A DNA stretch of 63,541 nt, the filler included, from an uncultured bacterium (lineage in GTDB: Bacteria > CAZSTA01): NCBI GenBank assembly GCA_964609495.1. It is 2 parts of 2 records of this genome, joined end to end, with 100 filler letters (N's around TTAATTAATTAA, not from the genome) between each part and the next. Parts side by side here need not be neighbours in the genome. Positions count along the whole stretch, not along the records: positions 1 to 31,934 come from CAZSTA010000018.1; 1 more part is not named here. The stretch is one strand, 5' to 3'. Positions within the stretch are counted from its first letter, which is position 1, and every line of letters starts with the position of its first letter. A program made the position numbers and the translations under genes. This document shows positions 10,178-19,537 of the stretch, one piece after another. Below the pieces are notes generated by a model. It made no database searches, was not told where the DNA came from, and saw nothing but the letters and a program-made list of their open reading frames with translations.

Positions 10178-11440
10178 CTACACCTCTAATTTATACCACT
10201 CACAAGCGTTATCATGCATAAGCCACTTAGCTACCTTAATCGCCTGTTTCTCATTCATATATCCTTCCTCTACTCTATCAGCGAGAACTTGGGCGATGTC
10301 CTCCCGCGCCATCTTCAGATGTCCATACACCTTCTCCAAGATCGAATAATCTCCTCCAAAACCGATGATCTTATGAGCAGGAACTAAGTCCAGCCATTCC
10401 TGTAATGCTCGACGAGACATAACTGGGGACATAAGGTGCATCCAAGCCATACTGAGATAGACGTTCGGGAAATATTTGCCCATCGTTCCCGCTTCACCTA
10501 TATAAGGAAGACCACCGTGAAATAGATCGAAGCGAGTGTTACGATATTCTAGGAAGATATTGGTTAAATGGGTGGGATTAGCATTAGGGAGGATATTCAT
10601 CCCATCATTATGCAAGCCAGTGTGGAAAACTACGGTCATATCATTAGCGGTAGCGATCTGAATCATCTTATGAACTATGTGATCCTGGAGAGGTTTCGCC
10701 TCCGACCAAGAGATGCCCTCCCCCTTATAAAGAAAGAGCTTGTTGAATAGCTTCTCCGCCTCATAGTGAGTTACCTTATCGAAGTCGATGATTCGGCTAT
10801 AGGCGTGAGCGCACTTGATCGCTACCGCCTCCTCCCTCTTCCACCTCTCTACCCCCATCTCCGCAACCCTCAGAAGATCATCCAAGGAGTGAATCGAGGT
10901 ATTATACCTCTTCTCCAAGTCCAACAGCATATCCCGATCTCGCACATCGACAAATTCATTTACGAACATAACCGGAGCGAAGAGCTTCTTATCTATATCG
11001 GTTCGGCCGATATTATTGAGTGCTATCGCTATATTGCACTTCTCTTTAAGAAGAGTTCGATACCACCCCTTCTTATTCACCGCGTTGAGCTTCTCCGATA
11101 TCTCCTGATAAGTATCATCGTTTATATCCTCTATTCCGAATAAGTCCTTTACCGTGATGAGAACCGAACGAGCATAAGCCCCATAGCGAATCTTCTCCCA
11201 ATATGGTTTGAACTTCTCCCACCTCTCATCGAGAGGAATATCAGTATTGATCATATTCTGATACATCTCATCGGTTAATCCAGCGGAGAAAAGGTCGCTC
11301 TTCGTATAATGAGTGAAGAGATATAGGACATCGAGTTTCTTTCCGAGCCTCTCCTCTTCGGGAGGTAAATGCTCGTGTCCGTCAACTGTGGGAATAGCTT
11401 CTAACTCCTCGAAAAATCTCCTAGCTAAACTTGATAACAT
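10178..11440 (-). CDS. Amidohydrolase-superfamily protein (uronate-isomerase-like)
   Basis: DGHEH (HxH), FHTG, LFHGGLPY, GFGGDY metal-binding motifs. Confidence 0.8.
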   Translation of the reverse strand: MLSSLARRFFEELEAIPTVDGHEHLPPEEERLGKKLDVLYLFTHYTKSDLFSAGLTDEMYQNMINTDIPLDERWEKFKPYWEKIRYGAYARSVLITVKDLFGIEDINDDTYQEISEKLNAVNKKGWYRTLLKEKCNIAIALNNIGRTDIDKKLFAPVMFVNEFVDVRDRDMLLDLEKRYNTSIHSLDDLLRVAEMGVERWKREEAVAIKCAHAYSRIIDFDKVTHYEAEKLFNKLFLYKGEGISWSEAKPLQDHIVHKMIQIATANDMTVVFHTGLHNDGMNILPNANPTHLTNIFLEYRNTRFDLFHGGLPYIGEAGTMGKYFPNVYLSMAWMHLMSPVMSRRALQEWLDLVPAHKIIGFGGDYSILEKVYGHLKMAREDIAQVLADRVEEGYMNEKQAIKVAKWLMHDNACEWYKLEV

Positions 11441-11522
11441 AGATTGTTGATTCTCCTTTCTCTCATAGAACTACTAAAGAATATTGCCTCTCCAAGCAAA
11501 CTTATCACGGCTATGATTGAAG

Positions 11523-11623
11523 CACCTTCCCCTAGCCCCTCCCGTCAAGGGATAGGGGAATAGAGAGAACAAGCTTATCTGGATGTTCCCTCTCCCCTTG
11601 TGGGAGAGGGATAGGGTAAGGGG
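11523..11623. repeat. GC-rich double-hairpin REP/MITE-like element, copy 1
   Basis: CCCCTAGCCCCTCCC..GGGATAGGGG and CCCTCTCCC..GGGAGAGGGATAGGGTAAGGGG; inverted homologue at 25029-25150. Confidence 0.8.
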
Positions 11624-11649
11624 AAACTAAAGAATTGTTTAGTTCATCA

Positions 11650-12423
11650 CTACACTCCGATCTTCTTCGCCATCTCCTCAACCGCCATTACAGCCCTAGA
11701 ATCATCTGGCAACGAGGTCAAGGGCTTGCCCTCCAACTCGTATTCGCTGATCGCCTCATCCGGGGGGATCGTCCCTATGAACTCTAAGCCCGTATTTTCG
11801 ATCTCCTCCTCTAACTTGGGAGATATCCTATTATCCACCCTATTCATCACCAGATATATCTTATTGATCCTCGAATCCAAATTACGCGCGGTCTCCACTA
11901 CCCTTCCCNNNNNNNNNNCGCGAACTCCTGCTAGACTGTGATCGCTCACTATGAAGAGCAAATCGATATCTCTGGTCGTTCGCCGACTGATATGTTCCAT
12001 CCCCGCCTCATTATCCATAATTACATAAGGATAGTTGACGTTGAGCATATCGAGGTAGCGGCGAAGGAGATGGTTGGCATAACAATAACAGCCTGGACCC
12101 TCTGGTCTTCCCATCACCACCATATCTATATCCTTTGACTCAACTAAAGCCATCTGTAATCTGTACTCCATATATCTTTCCGTAGTCATCCCTTCCGGCA
12201 AATTGAACTTCACCCGATCTAAGGTATCCTCCCTTATATCAGCGATCGTTTCCTCATATTCCAATCCCAAAGCCTCGTTCAGATTAGAATTGGGATCAGC
12301 ATCGACCACTAACACCGGCCCTTTGTTACTTTGGATCAGATGACGTATAAGTAAAGCGGAAAAGGTCGTCTTTCCAGTCCCGCCCTTTCCTGCTACAGCT
12401 ATAGAGAACTCCTTATTAATCAT
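11650..12423 (-). CDS. cooC: CooC/AcsF nickel-insertion ATPase (10-N gap at 11909-11918)
   Basis: AGKGGTGKTT, DADPNSNL, MGRPEGPGCYC, DNEAGMEH. Confidence 0.92.
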   Translation of the reverse strand: MINKEFSIAVAGKGGTGKTTFSALLIRHLIQSNKGPVLVVDADPNSNLNEALGLEYEETIADIREDTLDRVKFNLPEGMTTERYMEYRLQMALVESKDIDMVVMGRPEGPGCYCYANHLLRRYLDMLNVNYPYVIMDNEAGMEHISRRTTRDIDLLFIVSDHSLAGVRXXXXGRVVETARNLDSRINKIYLVMNRVDNRISPKLEEEIENTGLEFIGTIPPDEAISEYELEGKPLTSLPDDSRAVMAVEEMAKKIGV

Positions 12424-12457
12424 AATTAACACCCCCTTGCTCAATGAGATATCGGGC

Positions 12458-14392
12458 CTAGATCCCCAACCTCTTTCTCACCGAGGGGAATAAATCGAGA
12501 TCGGTATGGGGCAGGAACATAGCCGATACATACTCTTCCATAAATCTATTATCCGCACTTAGTTCGAAGTAGGTCATCTTCTTAGCGATCTCATCCGCCC
12601 TAGCATAAGCATCATAAGATAATAGGCACATCTTAGCCCCGTTTATAGAGCCATTACCGATGAATTGGAACTTCTCTAATGGTATATCAGGGAGCAATCC
12701 GATCAAGACCGCCTTTCGGATATCCAAGTAGTTACCGAACCCACCCGCAATGTATATATAATCTATATCATTGAAGGCGAAACCCATGGAATTTAGCAAT
12801 ATCGAGGCGCCCGCATAGATAGCGGCCTTGGCTCTTATCAAGTTGGAAATATCAGCCTGCGTAATAACTATATCCTTCCCTATATCGGTCTCAGAAGCCC
12901 ATACTAGGACGAATTCCTGCTCTCCATCCTCATTCCTTCTCAAGCGGGGACAGGAGAAAGCCTCATCGAATCTCCCCGAGCGATCTATAGATCCCACTCG
13001 CAAAAGCTCGGAGATACAATCTATCAGCCCAGAGCCACAAATACCCCTTGGCTTCGCTCCTCCTATCGTCGCGCAATCGACATCGCAGTCGGGGGGAGGG
13101 GTAATGTTCACTCTCTCGATAGCTCCCCTGGTAGCCCGCATTCCATACTTGACTCCGCTCCCTTCAAAAGCAGGTCCTGCTGAGCAGGAACAACATACCA
13201 GCCAATCCTTGTTCCCCAGAACAGCCTCTCCATTAGTGCCGATATCGATCAACATCGAGATAGAATCGGTATCAGCTATTCCAGAGGCCAATACTCCGGC
13301 GGTGATATCTCCTCCCACATAGCTGGAGACGCCCGGGAGGCAGGCTAAAAGACCCCGCGGATTTATTTTGATACCTACCTCTGCCGCCCTGATGACTGGC
13401 ACGGAAGTCGCAGAAGGGATATAAGGATCGCGGCGAATGAAGGTGGGATCAAGACCCAATAACAAATGAGTCATCGTAGTATTTCCCGCAAGTATAACCG
13501 CGGTGACATCATGCAGTTTGACGCCCTTATCGGCTACCGAGTTGGAGATAAGGTTATTTATGTTATCAGTAACCGCTTGACTCAGCTTCTCTAATCCCCC
13601 ATTCTTCTCCTGAGCATAGATTATCCTTGATATCACATCTTCTCCATAGCTGATCTGGGAGTTATAGGTAGCTTGAGCATCCACAGTCTGCTCAGTGTTC
13701 AAATCAATGAGATGGGAAACGATCGTAGTAGTGCCGACATCAACCGCTATTCCATAGTTCCTATCAGCAGTATTTCCCGGCTCGATCTGCACTACCTCCG
13801 TAGTCCCATTCCGCTTGCCCAAGGTAACGGTGATGTCCCAATCGCTTTCCCTCAACAACTTACCAAGCTTCTTCAGATTAGCCAGGCCTGTTTGCATAAT
13901 AGGAACTTTTTGTTTTTTCCTTATCTCCCGATAAAGCCTCTGAAGGTCTCCCAAATTATCTTGCAGAGAGGGAGGGCCTAATTTGAAATGCAACTTAGTG
14001 GCTAGAGGACTATGGGTGAAGAGGGCCGCCTCTCCGACCCCAGCACCGTATAATCTTCGGAATCTCCGCGCATCCTCATCAACTATCTGCTTGCCTTCTA
14101 TCCTCGACTCGAGAGGTATTTCTACCTCTACATTACCTCTAACAGTCGTTTTGCAAGCTAAGACATATCCCTTCTGGATCTCCTCTCTATTTAAAAGCAC
14201 TGTGGGTTCGCTGTGAACCTCTCCCTTCTTAACGATCAAACGACATTTTCCACAGATTCCATCTCCCCCACAGATGCTATTTACATAAACTCCTGCGGCT
14301 ATGGCCGCATCCAAGAGAGTAGTTCCTCTCTTGACCTTAACGCTCTTATTATCGGGGGAGAAGGATACTTTATATTCTTCTTCCTGAATCAT
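12458..14392 (-). CDS. acsV: Reductive activator of CoFeSP (RACo, ASKHA ATPase with N-terminal 2Fe-2S)
   Basis: CGGDGICGKC..LAC ferredoxin domain; DVGTTT, GEDVISRI, DIGTNGE, SAGPAFEG, GICGSG, AGGFG. Confidence 0.92.
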   Translation of the reverse strand: MIQEEEYKVSFSPDNKSVKVKRGTTLLDAAIAAGVYVNSICGGDGICGKCRLIVKKGEVHSEPTVLLNREEIQKGYVLACKTTVRGNVEVEIPLESRIEGKQIVDEDARRFRRLYGAGVGEAALFTHSPLATKLHFKLGPPSLQDNLGDLQRLYREIRKKQKVPIMQTGLANLKKLGKLLRESDWDITVTLGKRNGTTEVVQIEPGNTADRNYGIAVDVGTTTIVSHLIDLNTEQTVDAQATYNSQISYGEDVISRIIYAQEKNGGLEKLSQAVTDNINNLISNSVADKGVKLHDVTAVILAGNTTMTHLLLGLDPTFIRRDPYIPSATSVPVIRAAEVGIKINPRGLLACLPGVSSYVGGDITAGVLASGIADTDSISMLIDIGTNGEAVLGNKDWLVCCSCSAGPAFEGSGVKYGMRATRGAIERVNITPPPDCDVDCATIGGAKPRGICGSGLIDCISELLRVGSIDRSGRFDEAFSCPRLRRNEDGEQEFVLVWASETDIGKDIVITQADISNLIRAKAAIYAGASILLNSMGFAFNDIDYIYIAGGFGNYLDIRKAVLIGLLPDIPLEKFQFIGNGSINGAKMCLLSYDAYARADEIAKKMTYFELSADNRFMEEYVSAMFLPHTDLDLFPSVRKRLGI

Positions 14393-14480
14393 ACCTCACC
14401 TCACTTGCTTATCATGATTAGTAATTGGAAAATAGCGGCCGAGATTACTCGATACCAATCGCTATTTTCTACTTTCCCTT

Positions 14481-14566
14481 TAAAGGAAACTTTTCAACCT
14501 TATATATTTTTGTCTGCAAAAGTTACCAGAACACCTGAGTTTTATTGGAGGCAAAAGTTTCCTTTA
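14481..14566. repeat. 86-bp element with perfect 14-bp terminal inverted repeats (long copy)
   Basis: TAAAGGAAACTTTT ... AAAAGTTTCCTTTA; core shared with 15936-15985. Confidence 0.8.
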
Positions 14567-14569
14567 TAG

Positions 14570-15913
14570 CTATGCCTTCCACCTATTTTTGAGGAAAGAA
14601 GGGATAGCCGAGGATTCCCTTGGTCCTACCAGAATCTCCCAATCTGGAGCTTCCTCCTCCAACTTACCGCTCATTACCGCTACATATCCAGGGATTATAA
14701 CCTTCCGATGCGATATCTTATCAGCGATTCCGCTATCATTTAAAGCCGCGGCTATATTCTCCGCAGTGAATTTCTCCGCCGCCCAGGCGGTAAGTACTGA
14801 CATACCCTCCGAACTTACCACTAGGATATAGGAGGGAACTCGACTGGCTTCTACATCCCCCTCCACTGTAAAATATGTCAGAGAGAAGTCGGTGGTAATC
14901 AATAGCGGAGACTTATCGGTTACCTCACCTATCTCATATACCTTGGCTTCCACTTGGATGGGCTTCTGCGGATCTGTATAGATATTCTGCCTCATAGTGA
15001 CCATCGGCAAGATCTCCCAAGGCTCAGACCCTCGGATGACAACAATACCCGCGTATTTAGCGATGTAGGAATTAGCCTGAGCGACTTCCTGATATGGACC
15101 ATCAGCCTCGGTAAAGACTATAGGAGGATAGCCAAAGGGACGGGATCTCTTCCTTAACGCCGCTCGTCTGATCTGAGTCAGATCCATCACAACTTTATTC
15201 AACTTTCTAGAGCCAGGATCGATCACTAGATCGTTCACTCCTAAACCACTAACCTTAGGGGTGAGATCGACTAACTCGTCGAGATTATCTGCATAAACCG
15301 CCAAGGGACATGAATGTTGTTTAGCGAGTTCGGTCATCTCCTCATAATTATCCCTCGTAGCGGCGTAAATCAAGGGCTTTCCATCAGTACAATTGGGAAG
15401 AGCGGCCGAGATGACGGCTGGATCGAAGCTGACTAATATCAGAGGCAAATCAGTATTAGAGGCAACAGTTTTCACAGCTTGAGCGAACTTCTGAGGATCA
15501 TTGCTCGTATCCTTAACTGCGATGAGGTTGACCTTGATAATCTGCCCCACTCGCTCAAAGCTGAGGCTATTGATCTTCTCTGCCTTAGCTTTGAGCTCCT
15601 CCTCGCTCAAGGAATCCTCCACGAGAATAGCTAAGCCCGTAGGATGATAGAAGGTCTCCTCATGGCGGAAGAGAACAGTCTCATTCCCGATCTCCAACGT
15701 ATTATCTCCGGTGCCGATCTTAACCAATTTGATCGGAGGTGCTGAAGCTCCCTCTAAATTAGCCTTAGCCTCATCGGAGACATAAGGACATTGGTCTAAA
15801 GATACCTTCTTGCTAGCTAGTTGCATAGCGAAAGCTAAACAAGTTGGCGAGCCACACTCCCCACAGTTCGTTTTAGGAAGTTGCTTATAGATGTCCAACG
15901 CCGTTAACGGCAT
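14570..15913 (-). CDS. acsC: Corrinoid iron-sulfur protein large subunit
   Basis: LPKTNCGECGSPTCLAFAM..CP 4Fe-4S domain; RQNIYTDPQKP; SVLTAWAA; GPRES. Confidence 0.96.
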   Translation of the reverse strand: MPLTALDIYKQLPKTNCGECGSPTCLAFAMQLASKKVSLDQCPYVSDEAKANLEGASAPPIKLVKIGTGDNTLEIGNETVLFRHEETFYHPTGLAILVEDSLSEEELKAKAEKINSLSFERVGQIIKVNLIAVKDTSNDPQKFAQAVKTVASNTDLPLILVSFDPAVISAALPNCTDGKPLIYAATRDNYEEMTELAKQHSCPLAVYADNLDELVDLTPKVSGLGVNDLVIDPGSRKLNKVVMDLTQIRRAALRKRSRPFGYPPIVFTEADGPYQEVAQANSYIAKYAGIVVIRGSEPWEILPMVTMRQNIYTDPQKPIQVEAKVYEIGEVTDKSPLLITTDFSLTYFTVEGDVEASRVPSYILVVSSEGMSVLTAWAAEKFTAENIAAALNDSGIADKISHRKVIIPGYVAVMSGKLEEEAPDWEILVGPRESSAIPSFLKNRWKA

Positions 15914-15935
15914 AAGTCATCCTCCTCTCACTTTA

Positions 15936-15985
15936 TAAGGAAACTTTTTAACCTTATATATTTTTGTCTGCAAAAGTTTCCTTTA
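15936..15985. repeat. Short copy of the inverted-repeat element
   Basis: AAGGAAACTTTT-TAACCTTATATATTTTTGTCTGC-AAAAGTTTCCTT. Confidence 0.8.
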
Positions 15986-15996
15986 TTAAGATAGAA

Positions 15997-16869
15997 CTAC
16001 TTTTCCAGATTATCCTTAATTATAATTCCAACTATCCTTCCAAACTTTTCCAAATGAACAACGTCATTTTGAAGATAATCGTATAGTTTGTCAACATCTA
16101 TATCTAAATAAAAATGAACTAGCCTATTTTTAAGTCTTGCCATATCTGCCATCATCTTCGCATATTCCATATCGAAATAGCCAGCTTTTCCCATAGCTAA
16201 GAATATATCGCTGAGGCTTTCAGGTCTGCCCAACTCGAAACAGGAGATTATATGATTCGCCATGTCTAGGCAACACTCAATAGCTAATTGAAGGCATCTT
16301 TCTAAAGAATATCGCTTCGTTAGATCTCCCTTTATTTCCTCTAAAGATAAAGACCTCATCTTCTTTAGATATGTAATATAATCTTTAAGTTTCTCCAATC
16401 TTCTCTCAAGACTTTCTATATTGATATTCATCTTATTACCCGTAATCCTTTCCAGGAAATATTTACTATATTCATCCCAATAAGGCTTTATATCAAAGTA
16501 ATCCCTTATAATCGAGGTCTCAAAATCTACTCTTACCTCCTCATCACAAGATAAGAGCAACCTTCCATACTTCAACACTTGCCATCTCATAGATAAAGGA
16601 TAGGAGTTGATCACCCTAGAATCGACATTATCGGTGTGAAAGATATCGGCTAATTGACCAAGAATATAAAGGTCCTGACGCCCCATCTCCTCCCTAGATA
16701 AACCGGGTTTCAATAGGATAGCAATATCCAGATCGCTATGAGGGGTGAGGCGTCCAGTTACGTAAGACCCGTATATATATGCCAATACCGTATCAGTCCC
16801 TTCTCGCAAGAAGCGGACTGCTTCGGGTATATGACTTTCGATCTTCTCCTTGGCTATCATAAAGATCAC
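15997..16869 (-). CDS. Fused minimal nucleotidyltransferase (MntA-like) + HEPN/DUF86 (HepT-like) protein
   Basis: YIYGSY..SDLDIAI in N-half; ERCLQLAIECCLDMANHII and KNRLVHFY in C-half; one open frame. Confidence 0.85.
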   Translation of the reverse strand: MIFMIAKEKIESHIPEAVRFLREGTDTVLAYIYGSYVTGRLTPHSDLDIAILLKPGLSREEMGRQDLYILGQLADIFHTDNVDSRVINSYPLSMRWQVLKYGRLLLSCDEEVRVDFETSIIRDYFDIKPYWDEYSKYFLERITGNKMNINIESLERRLEKLKDYITYLKKMRSLSLEEIKGDLTKRYSLERCLQLAIECCLDMANHIISCFELGRPESLSDIFLAMGKAGYFDMEYAKMMADMARLKNRLVHFYLDIDVDKLYDYLQNDVVHLEKFGRIVGIIIKDNLEK

Positions 16870-16882
16870 TTTTCCTCGGAAT

Positions 16883-17359
16883 CTACTGAAAACTCGATAT
16901 TATCATAGAGAAGGAAACCCCACACCTTTTAGGTATGATATCGTATCTTTTTCCTCTAACTTTGATTTTGTTTCTTCTACTTATTATCTTATGCTCAGCG
17001 GAACGCCATCCTTTGGACAAAACAACGTGATAAAATTCAAACTTCACGCGGTTACTACTACACTTTTCTAAAATATCTAGCGCAATTTCTGACCCATTTT
17101 CGAGCTTTTCTCTAATTTCACTTGAATGTATAGTTTTGCTTTTCAATTCTACGATACCAATAATAATACAGTTATCTCCTGCAAAAATAATGCAGTCGCA
17201 TATTTTACGATCTTCGTAAATTATTTCACCTTTCAATACAATACGGTTACCTAAACCATCGAGTTTCAAACTACAGCCCTTCTCAGAACAACGCCTTATT
17301 ATCGCATTAGTATGATTGCTTCTGATACAATCTACAACTGGCATAAGAGATCTTTCCAT
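16883..17359 (-). CDS. Hypothetical protein, PD-(D/E)xK-like
   Basis: ICDCIIF...IVELKS pattern; 2 nt behind the ATPase stop. Confidence 0.55.
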   Translation of the reverse strand: MERSLMPVVDCIRSNHTNAIIRRCSEKGCSLKLDGLGNRIVLKGEIIYEDRKICDCIIFAGDNCIIIGIVELKSKTIHSSEIREKLENGSEIALDILEKCSSNRVKFEFYHVVLSKGWRSAEHKIISRRNKIKVRGKRYDIIPKRCGVSFSMIISSFQ

Positions 17360-17361
17360 AA

Positions 17362-18909
17362 TTATGTCTTAGTGATTAAGTCTCTTCGAAGTTTCATTAT
17401 TTCTTCATAAAGGGCTTCATTAATTTTGATGAATTCTTCTTGCGAAATTCCCTCTTCTTCTGTTATTTCAACCTCGGCTGTTTTGTATCCACCGCTCTTA
17501 TTATCATACTCAAACACATAAGCAGCAACTTCATCAGCTTTTAAGAAATCTTCTTCGTTATACTTATATCGCTGAACACGCTCTTTGGGCTCAACTTTGC
17601 TAAGCTGAATGAAGCTACTTAGTTGTTCTAAGATGTACTCACTATGAGTAGTAATTATGATGTGGACGTTCTCTCTTATCAGTTTGACTAAAAACTTTGC
17701 TAAAATCCGCTGATTCGCTGGATGTAAGTGAGCTTCTGGCTCTTCTATTATTAAAATGCTATTGGGTTCGATAATATACTTTAAATAAAGAAATAGCGGT
17801 GCTAACTCAGAAACGGTTGAAGAGGCTCTATGCAATGGAATCTCAGTATTCTGAAATTTATATTTGATTTCCGGATAACGATATTCTTCTAAGGCTCGGA
17901 CTACAATCTCTCCCCTAATCAGTTCTTCTTCAAAATCTCGAGCAAGCTCATAAAAGGGTCCTTTCCTTTCAGGTAAGTTAATAACAGAGAATATAAAATC
18001 AGCTACAACCCCTGATAACCTTGGAATTTCCAGCCTTTTTACACCGACATACGGGATTTCCTTTACCATACTTGCCATAAGCGCTCTATGCCCTTGCAAT
18101 ATACCTGACCTTGCAGCAGGAAGATAGTAACATAGCGCTGCTAAATTTTCAGATATTTTAGAGGTACATATATTAAAAATTAAATCTATTAATTCGATAT
18201 AAATGAATTCACTCTCTTCCTTCTCCCTCCATAGTCTAACCATATCAATCAAAACCTCTTCTCCCTTCTCATTTATTTCATAAATTTCAAGACGAGATGA
18301 CTCGGTCGCTTTGATTATTATCCTGATGTTTAATTGTGGGTACTCTTTGATCTTTAACTTATCCTTTTGACAAGTCAAATGAGTGCCATAGGAGTTAAAA
18401 TTGATTTTTAGCGCAAATGATCTTTCTCCAATTCTGATTAATTCGTTTAGTGGGCAAGAAAATAAATAGAAAATTTTACCGCTTAATCTTTCCTCATATA
18501 TATCTTCAAATATCTTATTGGTTGCTTTTTCTATAAGCTCTTTAAGCTCTTTTGTAATCTCTAATTTTTCTCCTTCTTTTAAATTATCAATTTGCCTTTT
18601 AAGATCAGGAACCAGATCGGAAAATTCTTTGAGAAAAGCACGAATATCACGAGATTCGGAGAGAAAACGCGGCAATATAGAGAGGGATATATCTCTGGAT
18701 GAGAGTCTAGGTAAGATGGGAATATAAGACATATAAGACTCAAATACGGAGTGAATTAGCATCGCGGCATAGGATTTCCCTGAATTGTTAGGTCCAATGA
18801 ATATTGTAAGAGGCTTAAGAGTTATCTTACCACCACTTATCGGGCCAAAATTCTTTGCCTCAATTTTCAATTCAATTTTTCCCCTTTCCTTCTTCTCCTT
18901 AGTTGTCAT
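17362..18909 (-). CDS. ABC/AAA_15-AAA_21-type ATPase (defence-associated class)
   Basis: KNFGPI, GPNNSGKS, ASSTVSEL signature, IIEEPEAHLHP, ITTHS. Confidence 0.85.
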   Translation of the reverse strand: MTTKEKKERGKIELKIEAKNFGPISGGKITLKPLTIFIGPNNSGKSYAAMLIHSVFESYMSYIPILPRLSSRDISLSILPRFLSESRDIRAFLKEFSDLVPDLKRQIDNLKEGEKLEITKELKELIEKATNKIFEDIYEERLSGKIFYLFSCPLNELIRIGERSFALKINFNSYGTHLTCQKDKLKIKEYPQLNIRIIIKATESSRLEIYEINEKGEEVLIDMVRLWREKEESEFIYIELIDLIFNICTSKISENLAALCYYLPAARSGILQGHRALMASMVKEIPYVGVKRLEIPRLSGVVADFIFSVINLPERKGPFYELARDFEEELIRGEIVVRALEEYRYPEIKYKFQNTEIPLHRASSTVSELAPLFLYLKYIIEPNSILIIEEPEAHLHPANQRILAKFLVKLIRENVHIIITTHSEYILEQLSSFIQLSKVEPKERVQRYKYNEEDFLKADEVAAYVFEYDNKSGGYKTAEVEITEEEGISQEEFIKINEALYEEIMKLRRDLITKT

Positions 18910-18937
18910 AAAGACTCACCTTCCGATATTATAATCA

Positions 18938-19267
18938 CTACTTATTCTCTGATCCTTTATACTTCTCTCTATACCAGAGGGCATAAGCCCCAGTTCCATA
19001 ATGCGAATGTGGCTCAAAAGTTCCCTCGGCTATCTCCTTAGCTATCGTCTCCACATCATACTCCGCAGACATTCCCACCGGTAGAGCTTCGCTATAGATT
19101 ATCCTCCTAGTCTTAGCATTATATACCGCTAGATTATGTTCTGCGTCCCTTCCGGGAGATGATTCCCCTCGATACCCATACCATATCGCTACGATGTCGC
19201 CATAAGTTGCTTTGGCGATCGGAGGCCAATATCGGAAATCCTCATATAGTCTATCAATCCCATCCAT
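18938..19267 (-). CDS. Hypothetical protein
   Basis: 109-aa ORF co-oriented and tightly packed with neighbours. Confidence 0.55.
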   Translation of the reverse strand: MDGIDRLYEDFRYWPPIAKATYGDIVAIWYGYRGESSPGRDAEHNLAVYNAKTRRIIYSEALPVGMSAEYDVETIAKEIAEGTFEPHSHYGTGAYALWYREKYKGSENK

Positions 19268-19287
19268 CCCACTGCTCCTATTCGATT

Positions 19288-19509
19288 CTAAGCCTCTGAT
19301 GCCGCCAAAAATTGAACTACATCAGCTAAATATTCATCCTTCTGTTTGTGCGATGGGCAAAGATCAGATGTAAAATCGTCTGAATAACCTTTTAGTAAGT
19401 ATTCGACTAACTTATTTAGAGAGTTTTCCGAGCCTTCAGAAGTTATAAACTCATCGTATAATTCCCTCAAATTCCCATCCCTTATCGGGTTTCCCTGTTT
19501 TTGATACAA
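19288..19509 (-). CDS. Hypothetical protein or gene fragment
   Basis: 73-aa ORF, TTG start with stop shortly upstream. Confidence 0.35.
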   Translation of the reverse strand: MYQKQGNPIRDGNLRELYDEFITSEGSENSLNKLVEYLLKGYSDDFTSDLCPSHKQKDEYLADVVQFLAASEA

Positions 19510-19537
19510 AGTAAATTTCTTCTCTTAATACCCACTT

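Noticed and set aside
11909-11918. Frameshift in cooC
   Set aside because: N-gap of nominal length; flanks read as a normal CooC
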